64,000 nucleotides of DNA from Octopus vulgaris (Eukaryota): positions 9,548,001 to 9,612,000 of the forward strand of contig OX597842.1 of assembly GCA_951406725.2 (NCBI GenBank), given 5' to 3'. The position numbers and the translations under genes were made by a program. The notes under the pieces were generated by a model. The model did no database searches and had not been told where the DNA came from. It saw only the letters and a program-made list of their open reading frames with translations. Below are positions 11,931-25,179 of the stretch, one piece after another. Numbering within the stretch: the first letter of the stretch is position 1; each line of letters opens with the position of its first letter.

Positions 11931-12316
11931 TAAATTGTGAATAGCCGCCTTAATTATTTATATTTCTCACTTCACCATTTTTGGAAGCGGTCAACTTTTC
12001 CTATGGTGTTCTCTAGAAGACGGATAATGTGCATTAAGTCCTTTAACCCTCAGCAGCAGAGTAATGGGTCGCTGATGAAGATTAATCAAATCTGAAATCA
12101 GCGCTGATATGACTCCATCTTGCTTGCCCTAGGAGGGGAGCTCGTGCTTGTGTCCTTGTTAGCTGTGTTGTTAGAAAAGTGCTCTCATGTGGCTTAGGGT
12201 TGTTTTGACTGTTATTTCTAGCAATGCTGGTGCTGACTAGCCTGCTCCATCACTTTAGTGACGACTGTACTTTTTGCCTATCAGTTCTAAATTGTGAATA
12301 GCCATCTTAATAATTT
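11931..12316 (+). mobile_element. Short hammerhead-bearing element with terminal direct repeat (Penelope pLTR / retrozyme-like)
   Basis: TAAATTGTGAATAGCCGCCTTAATTATTT at 11931 repeated as TAAATTGTGAATAGCCATCTTAATAATTT at 12288; internal hammerhead. Confidence 0.6.
12066..12115 (+). ncRNA. Type I hammerhead ribozyme with palindromic stem III
   Basis: GGGTCG-CTGATGA-AGATT(aatca)AATCT-GAAA-TCAGCGCTGA-TA-TGACTC; ATCAGCGCTGAT is a perfect palindrome; AUA triplet. Confidence 0.85.
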
Positions 12317-12328
12317 GTGTGTGTGTGT

Positions 12329-12829
12329 AGGCGTCACTGTACAATAGCGTCGGAAATTATCTAGTGACCCATCTACTCCCAAACTATAACTTCTTTGGAC
12401 TTGTATGTTTGAAGCACTCGGATTCTGATTCTGAAAAAAGGTGAGATGGGAGAAAGAAGAAGAATAAAGGGGGCGGGAGGGAGGGCTTGGAAAGTTTTAA
12501 AACCTGTCTGTCACCCGCTTCTTTGTAATTTTTCAGTTTTGACAAAGTTTTCTAAAATTCTTTTTGGGTTTATGTGTAGCATAGTTTTGAAGAGTCCTTA
12601 GATGTTTAAGCTATAGATTTGAAGAAAAACAAATAATAATTTCGTAAAGAAGGTCCAGAACTGAAAAGTCACGAAGTGGAGGGAGAAACAATTCTCATCA
12701 CCACTATCAAATTTTTAAAATTCATGCTGGACGATTATAATCTACGATGCTTGAAATACACATCCAGTAAAAGAAATTACAGTTTTTGAAGTAGTAGATA
12801 ATTTCCGACTCTATTGTACAGGATTGCCC
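12329..12829. mobile_element. MITE with ~35-bp TIRs
   Basis: GGCGTCACTGTACAATAGCGTCGGAAATTATCTA ... TAGATAATTTCCGACTCTATTGTACAGGATTGCCC. Confidence 0.75.
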
Positions 12830-13381
12830 ATACATACATCATTAGCTCAGAGTCGGCATACATATACTCATTACATAACCAATTACGTAATGCATGTTAC
12901 ACAATAGCAAAATATGGCTAATTGGCAGAGTCGTGAGAGCGTTTGGTAACAGTGCCTTCACTATCAGACGTTCTGAGTTCAAATCTCACCAAGGTGAACT
13001 TTGGTTTTTTTGTGTTTTTTTACGAAAAATCCTTTTGCGATCATTAAAGTACTAGTGATATACTGGGATAGATTCTGTCTGTTTGCCTCCTGATTGTTTG
13101 TCTGTCTGTCTGTCTGTCTCTATGTATCGGCTACACATTGCTCTTTGAAGTTACTTTCTGTTACTGTATTGACTACTACTACTACTACTACTTATTATTA
13201 TTATTATTATTATTATTTTATTTTTTTAATTTTATCTAGTTTCAGCTCACGAGCTGTGGCCATGCTGGGGCACCATTATTATTACTATTATTATTATTAT
13301 TATTATTTTATGTTTTTGTTTTACATTTGTACAAGTTGGCTCCAAGTCTAACCCAGAGACCTCAAGAGACAACAACTTGGA

Positions 13382-13858
<477 letters not shown>

Positions 13859-14599
13859 GTAAGTTAAGCGTACACACGCGCGCACTCACGCACGCATGCA
13901 TGTACACGTGCACAGAGACACAGATACACCTTGCACGCGGGTATGCGTCACAGCAGATATATACGTGTACATATATATATATATACACATATAAACAAAT
14001 ATACGTGCGCGCGCCTGTGTGTGTATGTATGCGTGTGTATGTGTATGTGTGTGTGTGTGTGTGTGTATGTGTATGAGCGTGTGTGTGTGTGCGTGTGTGT
14101 GTGTGTGTGTATGTGTATGTGTGTGTATGTGTGTGTGTGTGCGTGCGTGTGTATGTGTGTGTGCGTGTGTGTATGTGTGTGTGTATGTGTGTGAGCGCGT
14201 GTATGTGCACGTGTGTGTGAAGGGCGTATATTCCGTATGTGCTATGTGTGCACTGTACACCCATCGAAAATAGCAAATTCATTATAAATATTAACCTTAT
14301 TTATTTAATCACAAATCTTAATGGAAAACCATTGTTACATCCCCGCTTGAAATTTGGTGACACTGGGTGTGGCACCATACCCGATGCAACAACCACCATA
14401 CGCCACTGGTGTGTGCACATATGAAGGCATATGTAAATATGCATACATACATGAGTGTATGAACACATACATGCATACATGTATACATTTTGGGAACTGA
14501 TTTGCGAATGAAAAATAAATCCATGTTGATTAAGACATCAATTTCTAACAAATATGCTATTAATAATATATGTACCTTATTAACAGTACACCTGCATGC

Positions 14600-15680
<1,081 letters not shown>

Positions 15681-15910
15681 TGGTAGATGTTTTAGCAGAT
15701 ATATATGTAAATATACATGTGTAAGTGTGTGCGTTTGGCTGTTTGTTCTGTGCGTGTGCGCGTGAGCACTAATTCTTTACGGATGGTCTCACTAACAGGA
15801 CACTGAATATGTTATCTAGAGTAGAAGTATTGATTCACATATCAACGACACACAGACAGAACCGTTAGAGATCACTATAGTTCGTCCATAAACGGTGCAA
15901 GCAGACATAC

Positions 15911-16063
15911 CTGACATGAAGCTGTTCAATAAATTAATATAAATTGATGATACAGACAGGTGATCACAACACACAAGCGTTTCATGAAGCTCACCTGAAG
16001 TGGCAACCAGCTATAATCATGTCGATATTTCAGCTGCTTCGTTGGGAAAGACATCTTGCTCAT
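15911..16063 (-). CDS. Candidate first two coding exons of an unknown gene (16063-15995 and 15921-15911)
   Basis: ATG at 16063 with an upstream in-frame TAA; 23 codons MSKMSFPTKQLKYRHDYSWLPLQ ending at donor CAG|GTGAGC; 73-nt intron ending TTTATTGAACAG; 11-nt exon ending CAG|GTATGT. Confidence 0.4.
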
Positions 16064-16240
16064 TTCCGCTTTGAATCTGCCCGGATTTTTTGCAGATCTC
16101 TCTTAAAACAACACTGTAGACCCTTCTCTCCTACTTGCCTGGCCCGGCCCAGGTTACAGCAGTATGTAGAGGTTTATAGCATTTATTTAGTTATCGACAG
16201 CAAACTATAGAATATATGGATAAGCATTAGTCCCCTAGAT

Positions 16241-16441
16241 CAGTGCTTTTCAAACTTTTTGCTGGAGCGGAACCCCAAGGAAACATTCCACTGGCTCGAG
16301 GAACCCCTGTGCAATAATTTAATAGTTTTATGCACACATATCTGCACAGGAGAATTAAAAATTACTGTCGATTTTAGCAGTTTTGTAACTTCTTGCAGAA
16401 CCCCTGGACTGTACAGGCGGAACCCTGGTTGAAAACCACTG
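16241..16441 (+). mobile_element. hAT-type MITE, copy 1
   Basis: TIRs CAGTGCTTTTCAA / TTGAAAACCACTG; 8-bp TSD CCCTAGAT / CCCTACAT. Confidence 0.9.
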
Positions 16442-17124
16442 CCCTACATGTTTGTAGGCTCCCTCAGTAGCAATTGCTTAGCGTTGGCCATGCTTTAACC
16501 CTTTCGGTACTCTTTTACTTGTTTCAGGCATTTGACTGTGGCCATACTGGAGCACCACCTTTAGCCGAGCAAATCAACCCCAGAACTTATTCTTTGTAAG
16601 CCTAGTACTTATTCTTATTTCTTAATTGCCGACAAGGGGCTAAACATAGAGGGGACAAACAAGGACAGACAAAAGTCTTAAGTCGACCTCAGCGGAATTT
16701 GAACTCAGAACGTAACGGCAGATAAAATACCACTAAGCATTTCGCCCTGCATGCTAACGATTCTGTCAGCTCCTCGCCTTATAAGCCTAATACTTATTCT
16801 ATCGGTCTCTTTTGCCGAACCGCTAAGTTACAGGAGCGCAAACACACCAGCATCAGTTGTCAAGTGATGCTGGGGGGACAAACACAGACACACAAACACA
16901 CATATATATATATACATATATACGACAGGCTTCTTTCAGTTTCCGTCTACCAAATCCACTCACAAGGCATTGGTCGGCCCGGGGCTATAGCAGAAGACAC
17001 TTGCCCAAGATGCCACGCAGTGGGACTGAACCCGGAACCATGTGGTTGGTTAGCAAGCTACTTACCACACAGCCACTCCTGCACCGGATTTTTTGCAGAT
17101 CTCTCTTAAAACAACACTGTAGAC

Positions 17125-17343
17125 CAGTGGTTTTCAACCAGGGTTCTGCGGAACATTAGGGTTCCGCCAGTACAGTCCAGGGGTTCCACAAGAAGTTACA
17201 AAACTGCTAAAATCGGCAGTAATTTTTAATTCTCCTGTGCAGATATGTGTGCATAAGACTATTAAATTATTGCACAGGGGTTCCCCGAGCCAGTGGAATG
17301 TTTCCTTGGGGTTCCGCTCCAGCAAAAAGTTTGAAAAGCACTG
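17125..17343 (-). mobile_element. hAT-type MITE, copy 2 (inverted)
   Basis: Reverse complement of copy 1; 8-bp TSD CTGTAGAC / CTATAGAC. Confidence 0.9.
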
Positions 17344-17515
17344 CTATAGACCCTTCTCTCCTACTTGCCTGGCCTAGCCCAGGTTACAGCAGTACATAGA
17401 GGTTTATAGCATTTATTTAGTTATTGACAGCAAACTATAGAATATCTGGATAAGCATTAGCCCCCAAGATGTTTGTAGGCTCCCTCAGTAGCAATTGCTT
17501 AGTGTTGGCCATATT

Positions 17516-18158
17516 TTAACCCTTTTGTTACCATATTTATGTTGTGATGCTCTGTGTTTCTTTCTATTAATTTAAAATATAACAGAGACCATAACCTCGT
17601 GACCTATGCCAGGGGTGTAACCAGCCCACTTATGCGTGCCTTTCCTTCATTGGACACTAAACTCTGCTTGCGAAGACCTGTTGAGGCACGTGAAATCAAA
17701 ATTAAATTCAATGACTGGCCTGTGCTAGTGGAGCGCTAAGAGTACCATACGAGTGTGATCATTGCCAGAGCAACAAACTGGCTTCCGTGCTGGTGGCACG
17801 TAGAAAGCACCATTCGAGCGGGATTGTTACCTGCATCAACTTACTGGCACTTGTGCTGGTGGCACGTGAAAAAACATTCGAGCGAGGTCGTTGTCAGAGC
17901 CGCTGGACTGGCTCCTGTGCAGGTGGCACATAAAAAGCACCATTTGAGCGTGGCCACTGCCAGTACCGCCTGACTGGTCCGCGTGCCGGCAGTACGTAAA
18001 AGCACCCACTACACTCTTGGAGCGGTTGGCGTTAGGAAGGGCATCCAGCTGTAGAAACTCTGCCAGATCAGATTGGAGTCTGGTGCAGCCATGTGGTTCG
18101 CCTGTCCTCAGTCAAATCATCCAACCCATGCTAGCATGGAAAGCGGACGTTAAACGAC

Positions 18159-18191
<33 letters not shown>

Positions 18192-18346
18192 TTTAGTAAG
18201 ATAACTTAGTTATCATTAAGTTACTGTTAGGAACATAAATTGTGACTAAGGTTTGGTGGAAGATTTTAAGTCAGAACTTTTGAAAACAAGACATTTGTAC
18301 TCAGAGCCAGAGGTAGTTTCAGCCAGGTTAGTATCAAAAGGGTTAA
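17516..18346 (-). mobile_element. piggyBac-like MITE interrupted by an RTE 3' end
   Basis: TTAA-CCCTTTTGTTACC ... GTATCAAAAGGG-TTAA; same family as 58851-59556; RTE UTR at 17568-18190. Confidence 0.8.
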
Positions 18347-19301
18347 AAGAATCCTGGGTTTCCTGCTATTATGCCTGAAACAGCCTCAAATTATGCACTG
18401 GGTGTATTTAGGCATTTGTACTCACATACCTATGGATGAAGGCAGTCAGGATATTTATGAAAAATTAGCAGGGTTTGTGTGGCACACCATAGATTAAAAC
18501 TGATCCTTGAGACCCATGGGCTCAGCCAGGAGCAACTACCTAGCATACCCATCTGTTAAGAAAGTCCCAGGCTCTCGCTCTCATCTCTGGAATAACTTCA
18601 ATTTATATGGTGTATGAACATTTAATGTGAATTTAGAGTCAAGATTTGGCTGCTATTTCCAGCGTGGAGGCATCTCTTAGATACCCTAAATTATAATTTT
18701 AATAATAATTATTACCTTTGAAGGTTTTTACTCCCATGCTGGCCACTTGATAAGATCGATAATTAAATTAATGATCTTATCCTTATATATATATATATAT
18801 ATCACCATGACCGACCAGGCTATCAGATGTTGCTACACATCGCTGGTCACAATACGCTTCACATTGTTTTAGCCTTTAAATGACGCCACCCCACTGGCTA
18901 AGCGAGCAGGCCAACAGAAGAAAGAAAGAGAGAAAGTTGTGGCGAAAGAGTACAGCAGGGATTGCCACCACCTGCTGCCGGAGTCTTGTGGAGCTTTAGG
19001 TGTTTTCGCTCAATAAATACTCACAATGCCCAGTCTGGGAATCGAAACCGCGATCCTACGACCGCGAGTCCACTGCCCTAACCACTGGGCCATTGTGCCT
19101 CCATATATATCATCATCATCATCATCATCATCGTTTAACGTCCGCTTTCCATGCTAGCATGGGTTGGATGGTTCAACTGGGGTCTGGGAAAGCCCGAAGG
19201 CTGCACCAGGCCCAGTCAGATCTGGCAGTGTTTCTACAGTTGGATGCCCTTCCTAACGCCAACCACTCCATGAGTGTAGTGGGTGCTTTTTATGTGCCAC
19301 C

Positions 19302-19346
<45 letters not shown>

Positions 19347-19435
19347 ACACATTTACACATTTCAAATATAAAACTGTCTATGTATGTATAAATAAATATC
19401 TGTATACATATCAACATATCAAATACTGACTATAA

Positions 19436-20923
19436 AGGGTCTTGCAAATAAATTGAGACCAGTCTTAAGTAGTTGTCATAGTGGGTTTGACATTTTATGT
19501 TTTGACAAAACTTTACTTGCTTGAAAATCTAATCCTCCTCTTTATTTTTCAGGTAAATAGTGAACTGATTCAACAACAGAAAGTCATGGAACAACAGAAC
19601 CATTTTACCATTGTTGTTTTTGAGTGTCCTGGGCACAATGGCAATAAAATTGTTAGGTTGATGAAGCTTCCAAAAGCAACAGTTTATTGTGTGTAAACAA
19701 TTTAAAGAAGAGGGAAAGATTGAATGAAAAGAACACAAGACTCGAAGGGATTCCAAACAGAATCCAAAGATTCTCACTGGCCTCAATTGCTCAATTGAAG
19801 CCAACCCATCCATGACAGCTCTTGCAAAGAAACACTGTGTGTCCCTTTCCATGGTGTCCAGAGCTGGGAACAGAAACCTTGGCATGACTGGCTATGTTTG
19901 ATGATGCCGTCACCTCCTAACAGCAAGGCCAAAGCAATCAGAGCCAAGCTTCTGTCATTCCTCAAGCATCAAGGTGCAGGAAAAACTCTTGTGTTTGTGG
20001 ATAAGAAGTTCACTATGGACACTGGGGTGAATTGCAGAAATCCTCAAGTGATTGCATGCAACCCTTCTGACGTCCCCACTGTGTTTGAGACTAAGAATCC
20101 TGCCTCTGTGATGGTATTTGGAGCTGTGGCGAGTAATGGAAGTGTCATGGATCCACACTTCTTTGAGTCTAGCTTGAAGATTGGCACAAAGGAATATCTG
20201 AACATCTTGAAGGACTCTCTGTTACTTTGGATGGAGCAGAAGGTGGCAAGCTGGCAGAAGCATTAGCACGCCAGGCGAAATGCTTTGCAGTATTTCATCT
20301 GCCGTTACGTTGTGAGTTCAAATTCCGCCGAGGCCGACTTTGCCTTTCATCCTTTCGGGGTCGATAAATTAAGTACCAGTTATGGACTGGGGTCGATGTA
20401 ATCGACTTAATCCCTTTGTCTGTCCTTGTTTGTCCCCTCTATGTTTAGCCCCTTGTGGGCAATAAAGAAATAAGAAGTGTGGGCTTGACAATGTGGTGCT
20501 TATTCAGGATTCTGTCCCATGCCATGGGTCAAAAGCAACACAGGCCTTCCTTGGTGAGAAGATACCATTTTTGCGAGGGCCAACATCTGGCCCAGTAATA
20601 ACCCAGATCTCAACCTTCTCAATTACGTTTTATGGGGTGTACTTCAAGCAAGGACCAATGCTTCACCGTACACAAGTGTCAAAAGTTTGCAGATCTGCAT
20701 TGTGCATGCGACATGTAAAATCAAGAAGGCAAAGGTGGTGGCAACTTCAAAAAAATTTCATTCTTGTGTGGAGGTAGTAACGGCCCAAAAGAGTGGCCAT
20801 ATTGAGTGATAACTATTTTTGTTGTATTAGATGTTACATTAAAATTATACCTGTCTATACTACCAATATTTTTAGTATTTATAACCAGTTGTAAAAATGA
20901 TTTCAATTTATCTGCAAGACCCT
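19436..20923 (+). mobile_element. Decayed Tc1/mariner DNA transposon, DD37D (maT-like) transposase pseudogene, interrupted by SINE B
   Basis: TIRs AGGGTCTTGCAAATAAATTGA / TCAATTTATCTGCAAGACCCT. Fragments: HTH region (IVRLMKLPKATVY), VFVDKKFT, SVMVFGAVASNG, LIQDSVPCH, WPSNNPDLNLLNY. About 37 residues separate the 2nd and 3rd catalytic positions after repairing one frameshift. Confidence 0.88.
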
Positions 20924-21027
20924 ATATATTTATATATACACATTTCAAATATAAACTATATATATATATATATAGGCGGTGCCCCAGCATGGCCACAGTC
21001 TAATGACTGAAACAAGTAAAATATAAA

Positions 21028-21058
<31 letters not shown>

Positions 21059-21307
21059 AAATAAGAAAATGGAGAAATACACCTTAATCAATAATCAACT
21101 ACCAGATAATACCCAATCACATAATTTATTAACCAACTACATATGAACATCAAGGTCAAACATAATAGTACAGAACAAAACAATGCACATCAATGAGTAA
21201 TATGATACAATAAGTACAATTTGTATAAATAAATATAAACTACATGTTATCCCATGGTGGGTTGCACTCACAACCCCTATCTCAATTTATATATATATAT
21301 ATATATA

Positions 21308-21760
21308 TATGTGACCACCCGTGTGCATCGTTGGCGATTTTCTTTCTCTGTCTTCCTTTCTTTGGACTTTTTCTATATTTCTGATGAAGAGCTCTGCTCG
21401 AAACATGAAATCCTCTTTGTTTTCTTTCCTTTCCTGAGCATCCAATAACACTGTACTTATTCCACGTCCTCACATTGTCTTTTTTCCTTGCTTGTTTATG
21501 TTTGGATTGACTATATGTATGTGTATATATATATATATTTATATATATATATATAAATGTGACCTTGTGTGTACCGTTGGCGATTTTTTTTCCCTCTGTC
21601 TTCCCTTCTCTGGATCTTTCCTTCTCCTATGTTTCCGACAAAGAGCTCCGCTCGAAACGTTAAACCCTCCTTCTTTCCTGAGCGTCCAATAATACTATAT
21701 TTGTTCCACGTCCTCGCGTTGTGTTTTTTTGTGCTTTCTTGTTTGGATTAACTTTATATA
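21308..21760 (+). mobile_element. Two tandem copies of a short repeat, each with a degenerate minimal hammerhead
   Basis: ATTT-CTGATGA-A-GAGC(tct)GCTC-GAAACATG-AAAT (21377-21411) and GTTT-CCGACAA-A-GAGC(tcc)GCTC-GAAACGTT-AAAC (21631-21665). Confidence 0.7.
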
Positions 21761-21801
21761 TATATATTATATATATGTATACACACACACACACACATCC
21801 A

Positions 21802-21878
<77 letters not shown>

Positions 21879-22392
21879 CGAAATCGAATTGAACCAGCCA
21901 GGATCCCTGGTCTGGTGGTACGTAAAAAGCACTATCCGACTCGTGGCCGTGGCACGTAAAATACTCCAATGCGACCGTACGACAGGCACCCTTGCCAACC
22001 CCCTTTGCTTGTGAAGACATGTTGGGGCAAGCGAAATCGAAATCGAATTGAACCAGCCAGGATCCCTGGTCTGGTGGTACGTAAAAAGCACTATCCGACT
22101 CGTGGCCGATGCCAACACCGCCTCGACTGGCTTCCGTGCCGGTGGCACATAAAATACACCAATCTGACCGTGGCCGTTGCCAGCCCCGCCTGGCACCTGT
22201 GCAGGTGGCACGTAAAAAGCACCCACTACACTCACGGAGTGGTTGGCGTTAGGAAGGGCATCCAGCTGTAGAAACATTGCCAGATTAGACTGGAGCCTGG
22301 TGCAGCCTTCTGGCTTCCCAGAACCCCGGTCGAACCGTCCAACCCATGCTAGCATGGAGAGCGGACGCTAAACGACGATGATGATGATGATG

Positions 22393-22427
<35 letters not shown>

Positions 22428-23104
22428 TATTCTCATGTTTTCGGAACTAGAAGATGTATATAATGTATATGATATACATCTTCTATCAGGGTATATAATA
22501 TAATATAATATAATATAACATCTGTTGACGTCGGGCAGCCTTCGACCTTTTCCACCCAAATGGGCTTTTTTACCTAATATATTTAGACACTATTATTTAT
22601 AGCTTTATGTGATGTGCTTCGAGATTAACTGTTCCAGAAGAAGAAATAATATGATATGTTTGCACCAATGTCGCCACTGCTGCTGTGTTCCATGCAGTAA
22701 AAGACCCGAATTCCATCTCCTAATGAGACACAAGTCACACTATCCTGGGATGTCCTTCTCCTACTTAATTGGCCCCTACAAGCCTACAAACTTCAATACC
22801 GAGCCCTTTAAGAGCGTGGCTCTTCTAATTGCAGCATTTATGTTTTTTAGTTATGTCATTAAAAATACATTAGATACATTACGTGATAACGTGACTGACC
22901 AGGTGTTGTTACACATCGCTGGTCACAATGCACTTTTAACGTTCAAATGTCCCCAGCTTGCAGGCTAGGTGAGCAGACCAACACTCCCCACCCATGATCA
23001 AAAGGGATGACTGGGTTGTTACCTAACACTCTGTTATATTCTTTACATGAAACCGGTTGGTAAGATCAGCTGTGATGAATAATTAATACTACATTTTTCG
23101 GATA

Positions 23105-23161
<57 letters not shown>

Positions 23162-23698
23162 TATATGTGCATATGTATGTATGTATGTATCTCTTTTACT
23201 CTTTTACTTGTTTCAGTCATTTGACTGCGGCCATGCTGGAGCACTTCCTTTAATCGAGCAAATCAACCCCCAGGACTTATTCATTGTAAGCCTAGTACTT
23301 ATTCTATCGGTCTCTTTTGCCGAACTGCTAAGTTACGGGGATGTAAACACACCAGCATCGGTTGTCAGGCGATGTTGGGGGGACAAACACAGACACAGAC
23401 ACACACACATATATATATACATATACATATATACGACAGGCTTCTTTCAATTTCTGTCCAACCAAATCCACTCACAAGGCTTTGGGCGGCCCGAGGCTAT
23501 AGTAGAAGACACTTGCCCAAGGTGCCACGGAGTGGGACTGAACCCAGAACCATGTGGTTGGTAAGTAAGCTACTTACCACACAGCCACTCCTGCATACAT
23601 ACATACATACATACATACATGAATACATACATATGTACATACATACATACACACATACATATGTACATATATATCATGAACTAACTATTACTTTCTCA

Positions 23699-23905
23699 GA
23701 TGCAGCACGGAATTTTGTCAGTGAACAGGTCGCAGTTTCAAAGCAATGAAAATATAATTTGACAAATTAAATTTAAATGTTGAAGTGAATCTAACGGGTT
23801 TTTGTGTGTTTCTTAAATGGCTTATAAACACCTTACTCGCTGCAATTGTTCTCGTTTCAGCACATGATCTCAGATCAGGTCACTTGCTATGCAAGTACAT
23901 CTCAG

Positions 23906-23965
<60 letters not shown>

Positions 23966-24153
23966 CACGGAATTTTGTCAATGAACAGGTCACAGTCTCA
24001 AAGTGACAAAAATATTTTGGCAAACTAAATTTAAATGAAGTGTATCTAACGGTTTTTGTGTTTCTTAAATGGCTTGTAATCACCTTCCACACTGCAATTG
24101 TTTTCGTTCCAGCACACGATCTCAGATCAGGTCACTTGCTATGCAAGTACATC
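23699..24153 (+). mobile_element. Two tandem copies of a ~200-bp repeat with a variant hammerhead-like fold
   Basis: Units 23699-23905 and 23964-24153 separated by (TA)n; same family as 38535-38870. Confidence 0.8.
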
Positions 24154-24376
24154 CCGAAATAGAAAAGGATATACAAAAATCTTAAAAAGTGCTTAACATT
24201 TAATGCAGAAAAATGCATTGTGTGAAAACTAACAATATTTTGCCAGGACAAACATTTAAGAACATAACAAAAATGTTTAAATCTGGTATAAACTATAAAA
24301 ATTCTGGCATTTACATTCAAGTCTTCTCTGAGTCAGCAACTGTCAGTCACACCCTGTCTATTTCACAATAGCAACA

Positions 24377-24493
24377 ATGGGCAAAGCTAAAACGTTGACA
24401 GATTTTGAATGTGATAGAATTGTAGAGCTCCAGAAGTAAGGCCTTTCTTAACATGCCATCTCCAGTGAGACTGGTCTCTGTAAAACAGCCATT
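24377..24493 (+). pseudogene. Tc1/Tc3-like transposase N-terminal (HTH) fragment
   Basis: MGKAKTLTDFECDRIVELQK*GLS*HAISSETGLCKTAI, truncated by SINE A. Confidence 0.7.
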
Positions 24494-24890
24494 ACTCCTT
24501 TACTTGTTTCAGTCATTTGACTGCGGCCATGCTGGAGCACCGCCTTTAGTCGAGGAAATCGACCCCAGGACTTATTCTTTGTAAGCCTAGTACTTATTCT
24601 ATTGGTCTTTCTTGCTGAACCTCTAAGTGACAGAGACATAAACACACCAGCATCAGTTGTCAAGCGATGTTGGGAGTTTTCTATCCTCAGTCAAGTTCCA
24701 GATTATCTTAGCAATTTCAGCTGTGCAAAGATAATCTGGAACTCAATTAAGGAGAGAAAACTCTGAATGACCCATGGTTGTTTTCTTTGTATCGTCCATC
24801 TGGATGTTTTGTTGTCCCTTTCTTGTATCACCTAGCTGTCCAGATGTTTTGCGTTCTTATCCCATTTTGTATTTCATATATATATATATA

Positions 24891-25035
24891 TAAATTAATA
24901 TGTTACCATTATACAATAGTCAAGATAAAACTCTGAGTTTCAGATGCCGAAGTGGAAATCCACAACACCATCTCTCTTCGGCATCCGAAACTCAGAGTTT
25001 TATCTTGGCTATTGTATAATGGTAACATTAATTTA
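24891..25035. repeat. ~60-bp-arm inverted repeat (fold-back) in a repeat also present at 26951-27140
   Basis: TGTTACCATTATACAATAGTCAAGATAAAACTCTGAGTTTCAGATGCCGAAG pairs with CTTCGGCATCCGAAACTCAGAGTTTTATCTTGGCTATTGTATAATGGTAACA. Confidence 0.9.
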
Positions 25036-25179
25036 CAGATAAATATCCTCTATTTACATAATATTGAGGTCTCTTTCTTTCTTTTGTTATCTTACTGTTT
25101 TTACCAATACATATATATATATATATATATATATACATAGTGGCGAACGTACACTTTGGTCACTTATATATATATATGA

